A stretch of DNA of 32,000 bases from an uncultured bacterium (GTDB lineage: Bacteria > Margulisbacteria > WOR-1 > CAVSGV01). The stretch spans positions 1,620,001-1,652,000 of the forward strand of contig OY969425.1 of the NCBI GenBank assembly GCA_963699255.1. The letters are read 5' to 3'. Of the stretch, positions 23,593 through 32,000 are shown one piece after another (positions within the stretch are counted from its first letter, which is position 1; each line of letters starts with the position of its first letter). The notes under the pieces are model-generated. The model was not told where the DNA came from, made no database searches, and worked only from the letters and a program-made list of their open reading frames with translations. The position numbers and the translations under genes are program-made.

Positions 23593-24543
23593 ATGGCGAT
23601 TAAAGAAACGCTGGACATAGTTATCCCCGTGTATAATGAAGAGGCCTGCATAAACAGGCTCATGGAGAGGCTTTTGTCCCTCAGGCAAAAAGCGGGGCCC
23701 CTGGAGATAAGCTTCATCTTCGTCAATGACGGCTCCACGGACAGCAGCGCGAAAATGCTCTTCGGCTATGCCGAAAAGCACGACTTCGTGAGGGTCATAA
23801 ATTTCAGCCGCAACTTCGGGCACCAGATGGCGGTAACGGCCGGGATAGACCATGCCGATGCGGATCACGTGGCTATCATCGACTCCGACCTCCAGGATCC
23901 TCCCGAGCTGATACTCGACATGCATAAGAAAGCGAAAGAAGGATTTGACATCGTATACGGGCAGAGGATCGCCAGGCCCGGCGACTCGTTCTTTAAAAGG
24001 GCGACCGCGCATTTTTTCTACAGGCTCATCAATGTAATGTGCGACATTGACATACCGTTCGATACGGGCGATTTTCGCCTTATCAGCAGGCGCGTGGCGG
24101 ACGAGCTGAAAAAAATGAGAGAAAAACACCGCTTCATCAGGGGGATGGTGCCGTGGCTCGGGTTCCGCAGCACGCCGCTGCCTTACAACAGGGAGAAAAG
24201 GTTCGGCGGCGAGACCAAATATCCGTTAAGAAAAATGGTCAGGTTCGCCCTTGATTCCATTTTCTCCTTCTCCAATGTTCCTTTGAAGATCGCCAACTAC
24301 CTGGGGATGGCGATCATATGTATCAGCGTTCTTGTCGGGCTGTTCCTGCTGTATTTAAGGCTCTTCACACGGTTTACCGTCCCCGGCATCACTTCTGTCC
24401 TTCTCGCGCTCATGTTCATCGGCGGGATACAGATAGTCATGACGGGGATAATAGGCGAATACATAGGCAGGATATTCGAGGAGTCAAAAGGCAGGCCCCT
24501 TTATGTCGTGTGGGAGACAAAGAACATCAGCAAAGGCCGCTAG
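23593..24543 (+). CDS. GT2 polyprenyl-phosphate glycosyltransferase (GtrB/ArnC/DPM1-like)
   Basis: IVIPVYNEE, VNDGSTDSS and DSDLQDPPELI motifs are present. Two C-terminal TM helices end in GEYIGRIFEE, which is the family architecture. Confidence 0.88.
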   Translation: MAIKETLDIVIPVYNEEACINRLMERLLSLRQKAGPLEISFIFVNDGSTDSSAKMLFGYAEKHDFVRVINFSRNFGHQMAVTAGIDHADADHVAIIDSDLQDPPELILDMHKKAKEGFDIVYGQRIARPGDSFFKRATAHFFYRLINVMCDIDIPFDTGDFRLISRRVADELKKMREKHRFIRGMVPWLGFRSTPLPYNREKRFGGETKYPLRKMVRFALDSIFSFSNVPLKIANYLGMAIICISVLVGLFLLYLRLFTRFTVPGITSVLLALMFIGGIQIVMTGIIGEYIGRIFEESKGRPLYVVWETKNISKGR

Positions 24544-25350
24544 ATGATGGACCAGGAAAAAACACTCACCAAAGAAGAGATATTCCATGACGGATGGGCG
24601 AACTCGATCGACGTCGACCGGCTTATGGTGGACGAGTCCTTCGAGGCCTGCACTGCCCCGGAGAACAGGCTCATAATGAAAAAGCTCGGCGACGTAAGGG
24701 GGAAGAATATCCTGGAGCTGGGATGCGGCGCGGGCGAGGCGGCGGTCTATTTCGCGAAAAAGGGCGCGCGTGTCACCGCCACCGACATATCGAACGGAAT
24801 GCTGGAAGTGGTCAAGAAGCTGGCGCGCAAGCACGGCGTGGAGGTGGAGACCCGGCAGAGCTATTCGCATACCATGCCGTTCGCCGACGGCACTTTTGAC
24901 ATAGTTTACGCGGCGAATCTTTTGCATCACGTGGACATAGAGAGCACTTTGAAGGAAGCGCGCAGGGTGCTTAAAAATGGAGGAGTTTTTGTGTCCTGGG
25001 ATCCCCTGGAGCACAATCCTTTGATCAAGCTTTACAGGAGGATTGCCACAAAGGTCAGGACCGAAGATGAACACCCCATTAAAACAAGCGACATTAAGAC
25101 CTTTAAGAGAATATTTTCAACGGTCGAGACCGACGCGACCTGGTTCTTTCCTCTGCTGATATTCGTGAAATTCTTCCTGGTCGACAGGATAAGCCCGAAC
25201 TCCGAAAGATACTGGAAGAAGATCATCGTTGAACATGAAAAACTCCAACGCGCGTACAATTTCCTGGAGAAGATGGATAAGGTCTTGTTCTCCGTTTTTC
25301 CTTTCATGAAGCGTTTCTGCTGGAACATCGTCGTGTTCGGGACAAAATAA
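24544..25350 (+). CDS. Class I SAM-dependent methyltransferase
   Basis: ILELGCGAGEAAVYFAKKGARVTATDIS (motif I) and the FDIVYAANLLHH...LKNGGVF segment are present. The start abuts the GT2 stop. Confidence 0.75.
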   Translation: MMDQEKTLTKEEIFHDGWANSIDVDRLMVDESFEACTAPENRLIMKKLGDVRGKNILELGCGAGEAAVYFAKKGARVTATDISNGMLEVVKKLARKHGVEVETRQSYSHTMPFADGTFDIVYAANLLHHVDIESTLKEARRVLKNGGVFVSWDPLEHNPLIKLYRRIATKVRTEDEHPIKTSDIKTFKRIFSTVETDATWFFPLLIFVKFFLVDRISPNSERYWKKIIVEHEKLQRAYNFLEKMDKVLFSVFPFMKRFCWNIVVFGTK

Positions 25351-25352
25351 CC

Positions 25353-27125
25353 ATGAAAAACTATTTTAGATTATTGAAATACGTTAAGCCCTACACAGGA
25401 CTGCTGTTGCTGGGATTCCTATGCTCTACCGCGCTTTCTTCAATAAGTGTAATGGTAATACCTATTGTTGGGAAACTCTCGGAAGCTATCGGAGTGAAGA
25501 ATTTCGCGCAATTGAACATGTTTATAGCCGCGGCGATAGGGCTTTATTTTTTAAGGGGGATTTTTTCTTTCGGGCAGGCCTATTTTATCTCTCATGCCGA
25601 TCAAGGCATAACAAAAGATCTCAGGCTTCAAGTATTTGAGCATCTCCAAAACCTCTCCTTGGATTTTTATTCAAAGACCAGGACCGGCGAAATAATAACG
25701 ATAATGATGAATGACATCAATATGATGCAGAATGTCATCATTGATTCCTTTACTTCCATTATCCCAAATATCATGACGATAGTAGGAGTGGCCGGATACC
25801 TTCTTTTTCTGGACTGGCGGTTAACGCTTGTTTCAATATTCATGCTTCCGGTCATCACCATCGTTTCAACTGGTTTCAGCAATCAGGCACGAGCTGTGGC
25901 AACGCAGACCCAGGAAAAAATATCCGACATAACTTCCGTTCTGCATGAAGTGGTGACCGGGGCAAAGATCGTGAAATCTTTTACCATGGAAAAGGAAGAA
26001 ATCAAAAAGTTTGAACATGTGTCAGAACATATGAAGCAATTCGCACTGAATGCGAGCATTTTAAGGGCTGCTCAAGCCCCGTTATTCAATTTCCTGCAGG
26101 CTATCGCCGCTGTGATAGTGATATGGGTCGGCGGGTTTGAGATCGTTTCAGGCAGGATTACCGCCACCAATTTAATTGCGTTCTTTTCTGGTGTACTTAT
26201 GCTTGGTGATCCCATCGGTGGCTTAAGCGGGCTGAATGTCACCATCCAAATAGCTTTGGTTTCCGCTAAAAGGGTTTTTAATGTTCTTGACACAAGGCCA
26301 ACCGTAAGCGAGGCAACAGATGCAAAAGATGTCAGCATTTTAAACGGAGAGGTTGTTTTTAATGACGTATCCTTTAAGTATGAGTCAAACAACGATCTTG
26401 TCCTTAGGAACATAAACATGAGTTGCAGGGCGGGTGAGGTCATCGCCATAGTGGGACATTCGGGTGCGGGAAAGAGTACTCTGGTCAGCCTGATCCCGCG
26501 GTTTTATGATCCTTTAAAAGGGGAAGTCATTATAGATGGCCATAATGTCAAAGAATATAAGATTATGTCTTTCAGGAAATTCATCGGGATAGTTCCCCAG
26601 GAAACGCTGCTTTTTTCCGGCACGATTAAGGATAACATAGCTTATGGAAGGATGAGTGCGACTGATAAAGAGGTAGAGGAAGTGGCAAAGATGGCGAATG
26701 CTCATGATTTTATCATGTCATTTCCTGAACAATACAACACTATCATCGGGGAGAAAGGCATCAGATTGTCCGGCGGGGAGCGTCAGCGCATAGCGATAGC
26801 AAGGGCTTTTTTAAGGGATCCGAAGATATTGATACTTGATGAAGCCACGTCATCGCTTGATTCAGAATCTGAAAATCTTGTGCAGCAGGCCTTGGAAAAA
26901 TTGATGAAGGGCAGGACCACATTTGTCATCGCTCACAGGTTGTCTACCGTTAAATTCGCGAACAGGATCATAGTAATTGATAAGGGTGCAATCGTTGAAG
27001 AAGGGACGCATGAGGAATTGATCAATAAAGAAGGTGGCACTTATAAAAAACTTCACGATATGCAATTGGGAAAATCGGAACCGGGAAACATAGTGGACAA
27101 CTTGGGCAAAGTTTACGCAAATTAA
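25353..27125 (+). CDS. ABC exporter with fused permease and ATPase (MsbA/PglK-type half transporter)
   Basis: 590 aa with an N-terminal six-TM-type domain. Walker A (GHSGAGKST), the signature motif (LSGGERQRIAIARA) and Walker B (ILILDEATSSLD) are present. Confidence 0.92.
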   Translation: MKNYFRLLKYVKPYTGLLLLGFLCSTALSSISVMVIPIVGKLSEAIGVKNFAQLNMFIAAAIGLYFLRGIFSFGQAYFISHADQGITKDLRLQVFEHLQNLSLDFYSKTRTGEIITIMMNDINMMQNVIIDSFTSIIPNIMTIVGVAGYLLFLDWRLTLVSIFMLPVITIVSTGFSNQARAVATQTQEKISDITSVLHEVVTGAKIVKSFTMEKEEIKKFEHVSEHMKQFALNASILRAAQAPLFNFLQAIAAVIVIWVGGFEIVSGRITATNLIAFFSGVLMLGDPIGGLSGLNVTIQIALVSAKRVFNVLDTRPTVSEATDAKDVSILNGEVVFNDVSFKYESNNDLVLRNINMSCRAGEVIAIVGHSGAGKSTLVSLIPRFYDPLKGEVIIDGHNVKEYKIMSFRKFIGIVPQETLLFSGTIKDNIAYGRMSATDKEVEEVAKMANAHDFIMSFPEQYNTIIGEKGIRLSGGERQRIAIARAFLRDPKILILDEATSSLDSESENLVQQALEKLMKGRTTFVIAHRLSTVKFANRIIVIDKGAIVEEGTHEELINKEGGTYKKLHDMQLGKSEPGNIVDNLGKVYAN

Positions 27126-27138
27126 GATATAAAAGAGG

Positions 27139-28512
27139 TTGGTTAGATTGAGCAGAAAAATCATTTTTACGGGAGAAAGAATAATCCCGGATCAAGTTGA
27201 CGATGATCTGTATAATGAGCATATTTCGCGCTATCTTTTTGCCAAAAGATATTTAAAAGGGAAAGTTGTTTTAGATGCTGGCTGCGGGGTGGGTTATGGA
27301 GCATATGAAGCCCGAAAAGCCGCAAAAAAGATATATGGGATTGACATATCAAAGGAATCTATCGAATATGCGAAGCGAAAATATTCTTCTACAAATATTT
27401 GTTTTGAAGTTGGAGATGTTAAAAAGCTAAGATTCAAAGACAATTTCTTTGATGTGATCCTTTCCTTTGAGGTAATAGAGCATCTCTCAAGGCAGGATAT
27501 TTACCTTGAGGAAATGAGGAGGGTTCTGAAGAAAAAAGGCTTGTTCTTTGTGTCTACCCCGAACAAAATCTATTATTCTAAAGAAGGGCGACCAAAAAAC
27601 CCTTTTCATACAAAGGAGTTTAATTTAAAGGAATTCAGCGGAATATTATCCAAACAGTTTAAATATGTATCAATATACAACCAGAACCACAATGCCGTAA
27701 TATCGATCTCCCCACAAAAACAGGGCACTTCCACGGCTGACATTGAAATTTGTGACGCGTCAAAAATCTCGCCGATAATGGATAATTATTTTATCGCGGT
27801 TTGTTCAAATGCCCCTATCGGCAAAAAAACGCGAAAAGACTTTATTTATTTGCCCCATAAGGGGAACATTATTTATGAAAGGACAAAATGGGCAAGGAGC
27901 CTTGATGAAAAACTTAAAAGAGGTGCTAAGTATATAGAAAAACTGCAGAAGGGGTTTGATGAAAAAGCCGCATGGGCAAACAATTTAAACAAAGAATTGA
28001 CGATAACGAAGAAAAATGCGGCAAGGTTACGCAAAGAATTTGATGAGAAAGCCGTATGGGCGAACAGTTTAAACAAAGAATTGACGATAATGAAGAAAAA
28101 TGCGGCAAGGTTACGCAAAGAATTTGATGAGAAAGTCGCATGGGCAAACAGTATAAACAAGGAGCTTGCTGAATCGAAGGGATACGCGGAGGGGTTAAGG
28201 ATAGGGCTTGATAATAAATCTCTGCTTGTGGAGAGCCTGAGGAAGGAATTAGACAGGATAGAAGAATTGAACGCAGAACTTGATTGTGAGCAATGCAGGA
28301 TTAAAAAGTCCCTATTTTATAAAGTGCATCTTTCATTTTTGTTTGTGTCAAATAATATCCATCGGCTTTTGGCCAGAAATAGGATTGTAAATTCTGCTGC
28401 TTCGACCGTTTTTCTTTTTGTTTATTTTGTCTTTAAAAATATTTTCATTCCATTTAGGTTGAATAAAGCAAAAAGCATCGCCAAAAAGGTGTTCTTGGAT
28501 GACGCCCGATAA
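27139..28512 (+). CDS. SAM methyltransferase with a long repeat-containing coiled coil and a hydrophobic C-terminus (WbdD-like architecture)
   Basis: FTGERIIP and VLDAGCGVGYGA methyltransferase motifs are present. A coiled coil spans about aa 240-400. The hydrophobic tail is FLFVSNN...VFLFVYFVFKNIFIPF. The ORF-track start is TTG 27139, but TTG 27148 has better RBS spacing. Confidence 0.75.
   Translation: MVRLSRKIIFTGERIIPDQVDDDLYNEHISRYLFAKRYLKGKVVLDAGCGVGYGAYEARKAAKKIYGIDISKESIEYAKRKYSSTNICFEVGDVKKLRFKDNFFDVILSFEVIEHLSRQDIYLEEMRRVLKKKGLFFVSTPNKIYYSKEGRPKNPFHTKEFNLKEFSGILSKQFKYVSIYNQNHNAVISISPQKQGTSTADIEICDASKISPIMDNYFIAVCSNAPIGKKTRKDFIYLPHKGNIIYERTKWARSLDEKLKRGAKYIEKLQKGFDEKAAWANNLNKELTITKKNAARLRKEFDEKAVWANSLNKELTIMKKNAARLRKEFDEKVAWANSINKELAESKGYAEGLRIGLDNKSLLVESLRKELDRIEELNAELDCEQCRIKKSLFYKVHLSFLFVSNNIHRLLARNRIVNSAASTVFLFVYFVFKNIFIPFRLNKAKSIAKKVFLDDAR
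27955..28167 (+). repeat. Tandem 84-bp (28-aa) repeat, about 2.5 copies, inside the methyltransferase coiled coil
   Basis: Copies start at 27955, 28039 and 28123. Copies 1 and 2 differ at 5 of 84 positions by my alignment. The encoded unit is FDEKAAWANNLNKELTITKKNAARLRKE. A degenerate copy precedes them. Confidence 0.9.
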
Positions 28513-29698
28513 AAGATTAAACATATTGTTCGTAACTGCAATGCTTCCGAGCAAAATGCACGGTGGCGGTGTTGTTATGCTTAATCTGATAAAGGAATTG
28601 TCAAAGTACAACGACATTTCACTGATCTCTTTTATTGATTTTGAAAAAGAAAGAGAATATATAAAGAACATAAAGCCATATGTTAAGAAAATCAGGATAT
28701 TTGAGAGGTGGTCGCAGAAAAAGCTTTTGGACAGGGGGGCGGATCTTGTTCCAGACGGCATCAGGACCGACTTCTATTGTCCGGAATTGGCGGAAGAAGT
28801 CAGCATTGAATTAAAAAGGAAAAAATATGATATTCTTCAGTTCGAATATTTACAAATGGCGATATACAAAGGCCTGTGTAGGATACCGAAAAGAATGAAA
28901 GTATTGATAACTGACCATGAAACAATTTGCGAGGCGTTCAGGCAAAGGATCAAGCTTTTTCCCCTCGGCATGTTCTGGAGCGATGTTAAAGAGTATTTGA
29001 GGTTTTTCCACTATGAAACCTCAGTATTAAAGCATTTCTCAAAGGTTTTTGTTTTTACCGAACAGGACGCGCTGAACCTGCTTAAATATTCCCCTGATAT
29101 AAATATTGCTATCCATCCTCTGGGGGTTGATTTTGATTATTTCTCAAGGGAGCTTGCGAAGGAGAAATTTCCTTCCCTTATATTTCTTGGCAATTATGAG
29201 CATTTCCCCAACCGGGAAGCTGTGGTTAATTTTAGCAAAAATCTATTCCCCAAGATCAAGGAAAAGTATCATGACATTAAATTTTATATTGTCGGTCATA
29301 TGCCTAGGAAAGAAATTTTGAAGCTTGCGGAAAACGATAAAAATATAATTGTGACCAATACGGTGGAAGATGTAAGGCCGTTCATACAGAGAGCGAGTAT
29401 ATTTGTGGCCCCGATCAAAAGCGGGACAGGCATGAGGTTAAAGGTTCTTGAGGCAATGGCCTCAAAAAAAGCAATTGTTTCCACGCGTCTTGGGTGCATG
29501 GGGATAAAGGCGGAGGACAAGAAGCATCTGCTGATAGCGAAAAATGATAATGAATTTATCGAAAACATTCTTTTATTACTTGAAAATGTACAGTTAAGAA
29601 AAGAACTGGGGCGTAATGCTTTTGAACTGGCAAAAAGTTATGACTGGAAAAATATAGCTCAGCAAAGGCAGAATGTATATTTAAAGCTTATGAAGTAA
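28499..29698 (+). CDS. Glycosyltransferase family 4 (GT-B fold)
   Basis: The N-terminus ILFVTAMLPSKMHGGG and the C-terminal SGTGMRLKVLEAMASKKAIVST (EX7E-type) are present. It overlaps the upstream gene by 14 nt. Confidence 0.85.
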   Translation: MTPDKRLNILFVTAMLPSKMHGGGVVMLNLIKELSKYNDISLISFIDFEKEREYIKNIKPYVKKIRIFERWSQKKLLDRGADLVPDGIRTDFYCPELAEEVSIELKRKKYDILQFEYLQMAIYKGLCRIPKRMKVLITDHETICEAFRQRIKLFPLGMFWSDVKEYLRFFHYETSVLKHFSKVFVFTEQDALNLLKYSPDINIAIHPLGVDFDYFSRELAKEKFPSLIFLGNYEHFPNREAVVNFSKNLFPKIKEKYHDIKFYIVGHMPRKEILKLAENDKNIIVTNTVEDVRPFIQRASIFVAPIKSGTGMRLKVLEAMASKKAIVSTRLGCMGIKAEDKKHLLIAKNDNEFIENILLLLENVQLRKELGRNAFELAKSYDWKNIAQQRQNVYLKLMK

Positions 29699-29707
29699 GG
29701 AGACGCT

Positions 29708-31081
29708 ATGGAAACGCTGCCGATATCTATTGTAGTATTAAACTGGGACGGAAAGCATTTATTAGAAGCTAATCTTCCTTCAGTAATTAAAGCCGCAAGT
29801 TACTATCCAAATACCAGAGAAATTATTGTGGTTGACAATGGCAGTACGGATGACAGTGTTGCGTTTCTAAAATCCGCTTATCCGCAAATTAAGGTTCTCG
29901 AATTGCATAAAAATCTGAGATTCACAGGGGGGAACAACGCGGGAGTAGAATATGCAAGCGGTGATATTGTTATTTTATTGAACAATGACATGAGGGTTTC
30001 GGAAAACTTTATCCTGCCCCTCGTGGAAGGGTTCAAATATAATGACAATGTTTTTGCCGTCTCATCCCAAATATTTTTTCTGGATAAGGACAAGAGAAGG
30101 GAAGAGTCCGGATTGACAAAGGCCTGGTTCAGGAAGGGGTGGCTGTTGACCGGCCATGTCGTTGAACAGAAAATAATTGACAAGATGAACAATTATGAAT
30201 TCACTTTCTGGGCCGGCGGGGGATCAACCGCCTTCGACAGGAAAAAATTTCTTGGGATAAAACTGGATACTCTTTACGACCCGTTTTATTTGGAGGACAT
30301 AGACATTTCTTATCAGGCATGGAAAAGAGGATATGTTATCTTATTCTCGAAGGGCAGCGAAACATACCATATGCACAGGGCTACAAATCGTGTTAAGTTC
30401 GGGGATGATTATATTGACGCAATAAGGAAAAGAAACACTTTTCTGTTCATCTGGAAGAACATTACCGCTCCCGATCTGATCCGGCAGCATTTATTCCGTT
30501 TGCCCCACATTATATCCAGTTCCATTAAAGAAGGGGGGATTGGCGAGCTATTTATTTTTTTTAAAGCTTTGATGAAATTACCTGAATGCATGAAGAAAAG
30601 ATATGAAAGTAAAAAGTATTATAAGCTAAGTGATGAGGATATTTTTAATGTATTTTCTGCGGATGGCAAACCCAAAAACACCAATTCTATTGATTTTTCT
30701 TTAGGTGATTTTAATGAAAACATTGGCGGTGACTGGCATAACAGAGAACTAAATTATCGATGGGTAGGGAAAAAATCGGTTTGTTATCTTTTTTCTGAAG
30801 ATAGAATGAAAAAGCTGATAGTGAAGGGTTATTGTGGGATACCGGAGCCGATTTTTAAAGGGAGAGAATTTATTTTGTCAATATTCATTAACAACAAACT
30901 GATGGTAAGAGAACCATTGCAAAATGGAGAGATCAATATTGAGTGTGATATCCATCAAATTAAAAAGCAGATGAATGAAATTGTTTTTAGTATGAATAAT
31001 ACTTTTAATTCAAAAAAAGCAGGCATTGGTGAAGATGAGAGAGATTTAGGCGTTATTATAAATAAGGTCGAAATGATTTAG
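29708..31081 (+). CDS. Glycosyltransferase family 2 with an extra C-terminal domain of about 150 aa and unknown function
   Basis: IVVLNWDG, VVDNGSTDDS and ILLNNDM are GT-A motifs. The C-terminal region (GGDWHNRELNYRWVGKKS...) resembles the GW..E...RW accessory domains seen on some glycan enzymes. Confidence 0.85.
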   Translation: METLPISIVVLNWDGKHLLEANLPSVIKAASYYPNTREIIVVDNGSTDDSVAFLKSAYPQIKVLELHKNLRFTGGNNAGVEYASGDIVILLNNDMRVSENFILPLVEGFKYNDNVFAVSSQIFFLDKDKRREESGLTKAWFRKGWLLTGHVVEQKIIDKMNNYEFTFWAGGGSTAFDRKKFLGIKLDTLYDPFYLEDIDISYQAWKRGYVILFSKGSETYHMHRATNRVKFGDDYIDAIRKRNTFLFIWKNITAPDLIRQHLFRLPHIISSSIKEGGIGELFIFFKALMKLPECMKKRYESKKYYKLSDEDIFNVFSADGKPKNTNSIDFSLGDFNENIGGDWHNRELNYRWVGKKSVCYLFSEDRMKKLIVKGYCGIPEPIFKGREFILSIFINNKLMVREPLQNGEINIECDIHQIKKQMNEIVFSMNNTFNSKKAGIGEDERDLGVIINKVEMI

Positions 31082-31261
31082 ATGTAAGACTTTTGTTATG
31101 ATGTCGGCTTATAATGAGCAGAATGCTTCAAGTGCAGTATAATTGAAAGTCTGTTTTTTCGGGGCAAGACCAGATTACGAGAAGATTAAATTAATAATTG
31201 TTAGAAGCAAAAATATAGGTGGTGTTTGGGATGGATTTGCGTTTGGTTCAAAGGTTTAAAT

Positions 31262-32000
31262 ATGAATTTTGAAGACTTTAAATATATTATTGTGGGTAGC
31301 GGTTTTTGGGGCAGTGTAATTGCAGAAAGAATTGCATCGGTTTTGAATGAACATGTTGTGATTCTTGAAAGGCGAAACCATGTAGGCGGGAATTCGTTTT
31401 CAAAAATACATAAAGAAACAGGGATTGAATACCATTGTTATGGGACGCATGTATTTCACACTTCTAATAAGAAGGTGTGGAACTATATAAGAACTTTTTC
31501 TGATTTTACTAATTATCAGCATAAAGTTTTTATTCAACACAAAAATCGCATATACAGTATGCCCATTAACTTGGCGACAATTAATGATTATTACGGGCTT
31601 AATTTAATGCCGTCTGAGATAAAAGCTTTTTTAAAAAAAGAGATAAATCGATCTGGCCATGTTTCATCTCCGTCAAATTTAGAAGACAAGGCAATATCAT
31701 TAATTGGTAAGCCCCTTTACGATTCCTTTATTCGAGGATATACATTTAAGCAATGGGGAACCGACCCTAAAAAATTACCCCCCGAAATATTTACTCGCCT
31801 CCCTGTTAGAGATAATTACAATATGAATTATTTTAATGATCCTTATCAAGGATTGCCTGAGTACGGTTACGCCAAATTATTTCAAAATATCCTGCTCAAT
31901 AAAAACATTCACGTCATGCTCAATACCGATTATTATAATGTCAAACACAAAATACCGAAAAGATGCAAGGTTATTTTTACTGGCGCAATAGATAAGCTTT
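31262..32000 (+). CDS. glf: UDP-galactopyranose mutase, 5' partial (runs off the window)
   Basis: I translated it by hand. It has IIVGSGFWGSV (FAD GxGxxG), ERRNHVGGN, YGTHVFHT, GYTFKQWG and RLPVRDNYNMNYFNDPYQGLP, which closely parallel E. coli Glf. It has no stop before 32000, so it is absent from the ORF track. Confidence 0.92.
   Translation, partial: MNFEDFKYIIVGSGFWGSVIAERIASVLNEHVVILERRNHVGGNSFSKIHKETGIEYHCYGTHVFHTSNKKVWNYIRTFSDFTNYQHKVFIQHKNRIYSMPINLATINDYYGLNLMPSEIKAFLKKEINRSGHVSSPSNLEDKAISLIGKPLYDSFIRGYTFKQWGTDPKKLPPEIFTRLPVRDNYNMNYFNDPYQGLPEYGYAKLFQNILLNKNIHVMLNTDYYNVKHKIPKRCKVIFTGAIDKL

Noticed and set aside
27873-28160. Two minus-strand ORFs (95 and 73 aa) with internally repeated sequence.
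   Set aside because: They are the antisense image of the 84-bp tandem repeat inside the methyltransferase gene, not independent genes.
31087-31159. Possible intrinsic terminator after the GT2 gene: AGACTTT ... AAAGTCT followed by G and T6.
   Set aside because: The stem is only 7 bp with a loop of about 53 nt. This is not convincing without folding calculations or transcript-end data.
1-32000. Searched for tRNA/rRNA genes, CRISPR arrays, transposases, integrases, phage genes, and defence or toxin-antitoxin modules.
   Set aside because: I found no T-loop/acceptor-like sequences, regularly spaced direct repeats, or nuclease, recombinase or helicase motifs in any ORF.

Overview
This window looks like chromosomal DNA from an uncultivated diderm bacterium; I cannot assign a lineage. 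I saw no tRNA, rRNA, CRISPR array, transposase or integrase. The gene order is:

- **249-3079 (+):** a metal-uptake module of putative porin, cluster-9 (ZnuA/TroA-type) binding protein and permease. No ATPase gene is visible.
- **3391-9853 (+):** kdpFABC plus a KdpD-like sensor that stops just before the histidine-kinase core. No kdpE is present.
- **9857-19691 (mixed strands):** housekeeping genes pyrF, pyrE, rpsA, pcm, speB, gltX, an unusual outer-membrane-barrel/SppA fusion, ftsL and rsmH.
- **19982 to the window end (+):** a tightly packed glycan or glycolipid operon. It encodes a radical-SAM enzyme, a methyltransferase/extended-SDR/SDR triple fusion, a GtrB/ArnC-like GT2, two more methyltransferases, a PglK/MsbA-type ABC exporter, a GT4, a GT2 and a partial glf.

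The operon is the best candidate for something undescribed. One of its methyltransferases carries near-identical 28-aa coiled-coil repeats, which resembles a WbdD-type chain-length ruler.

Other points:

- The porin gene and kdpA each carry an apparent frameshift.
- Five intergenic loci share an odd architecture of short motif repeats mirrored into a complementary arm.
- Base composition becomes visibly AT-rich after about 25350.

All family calls rest on motifs I recognised by eye in the translations. No database search was run.
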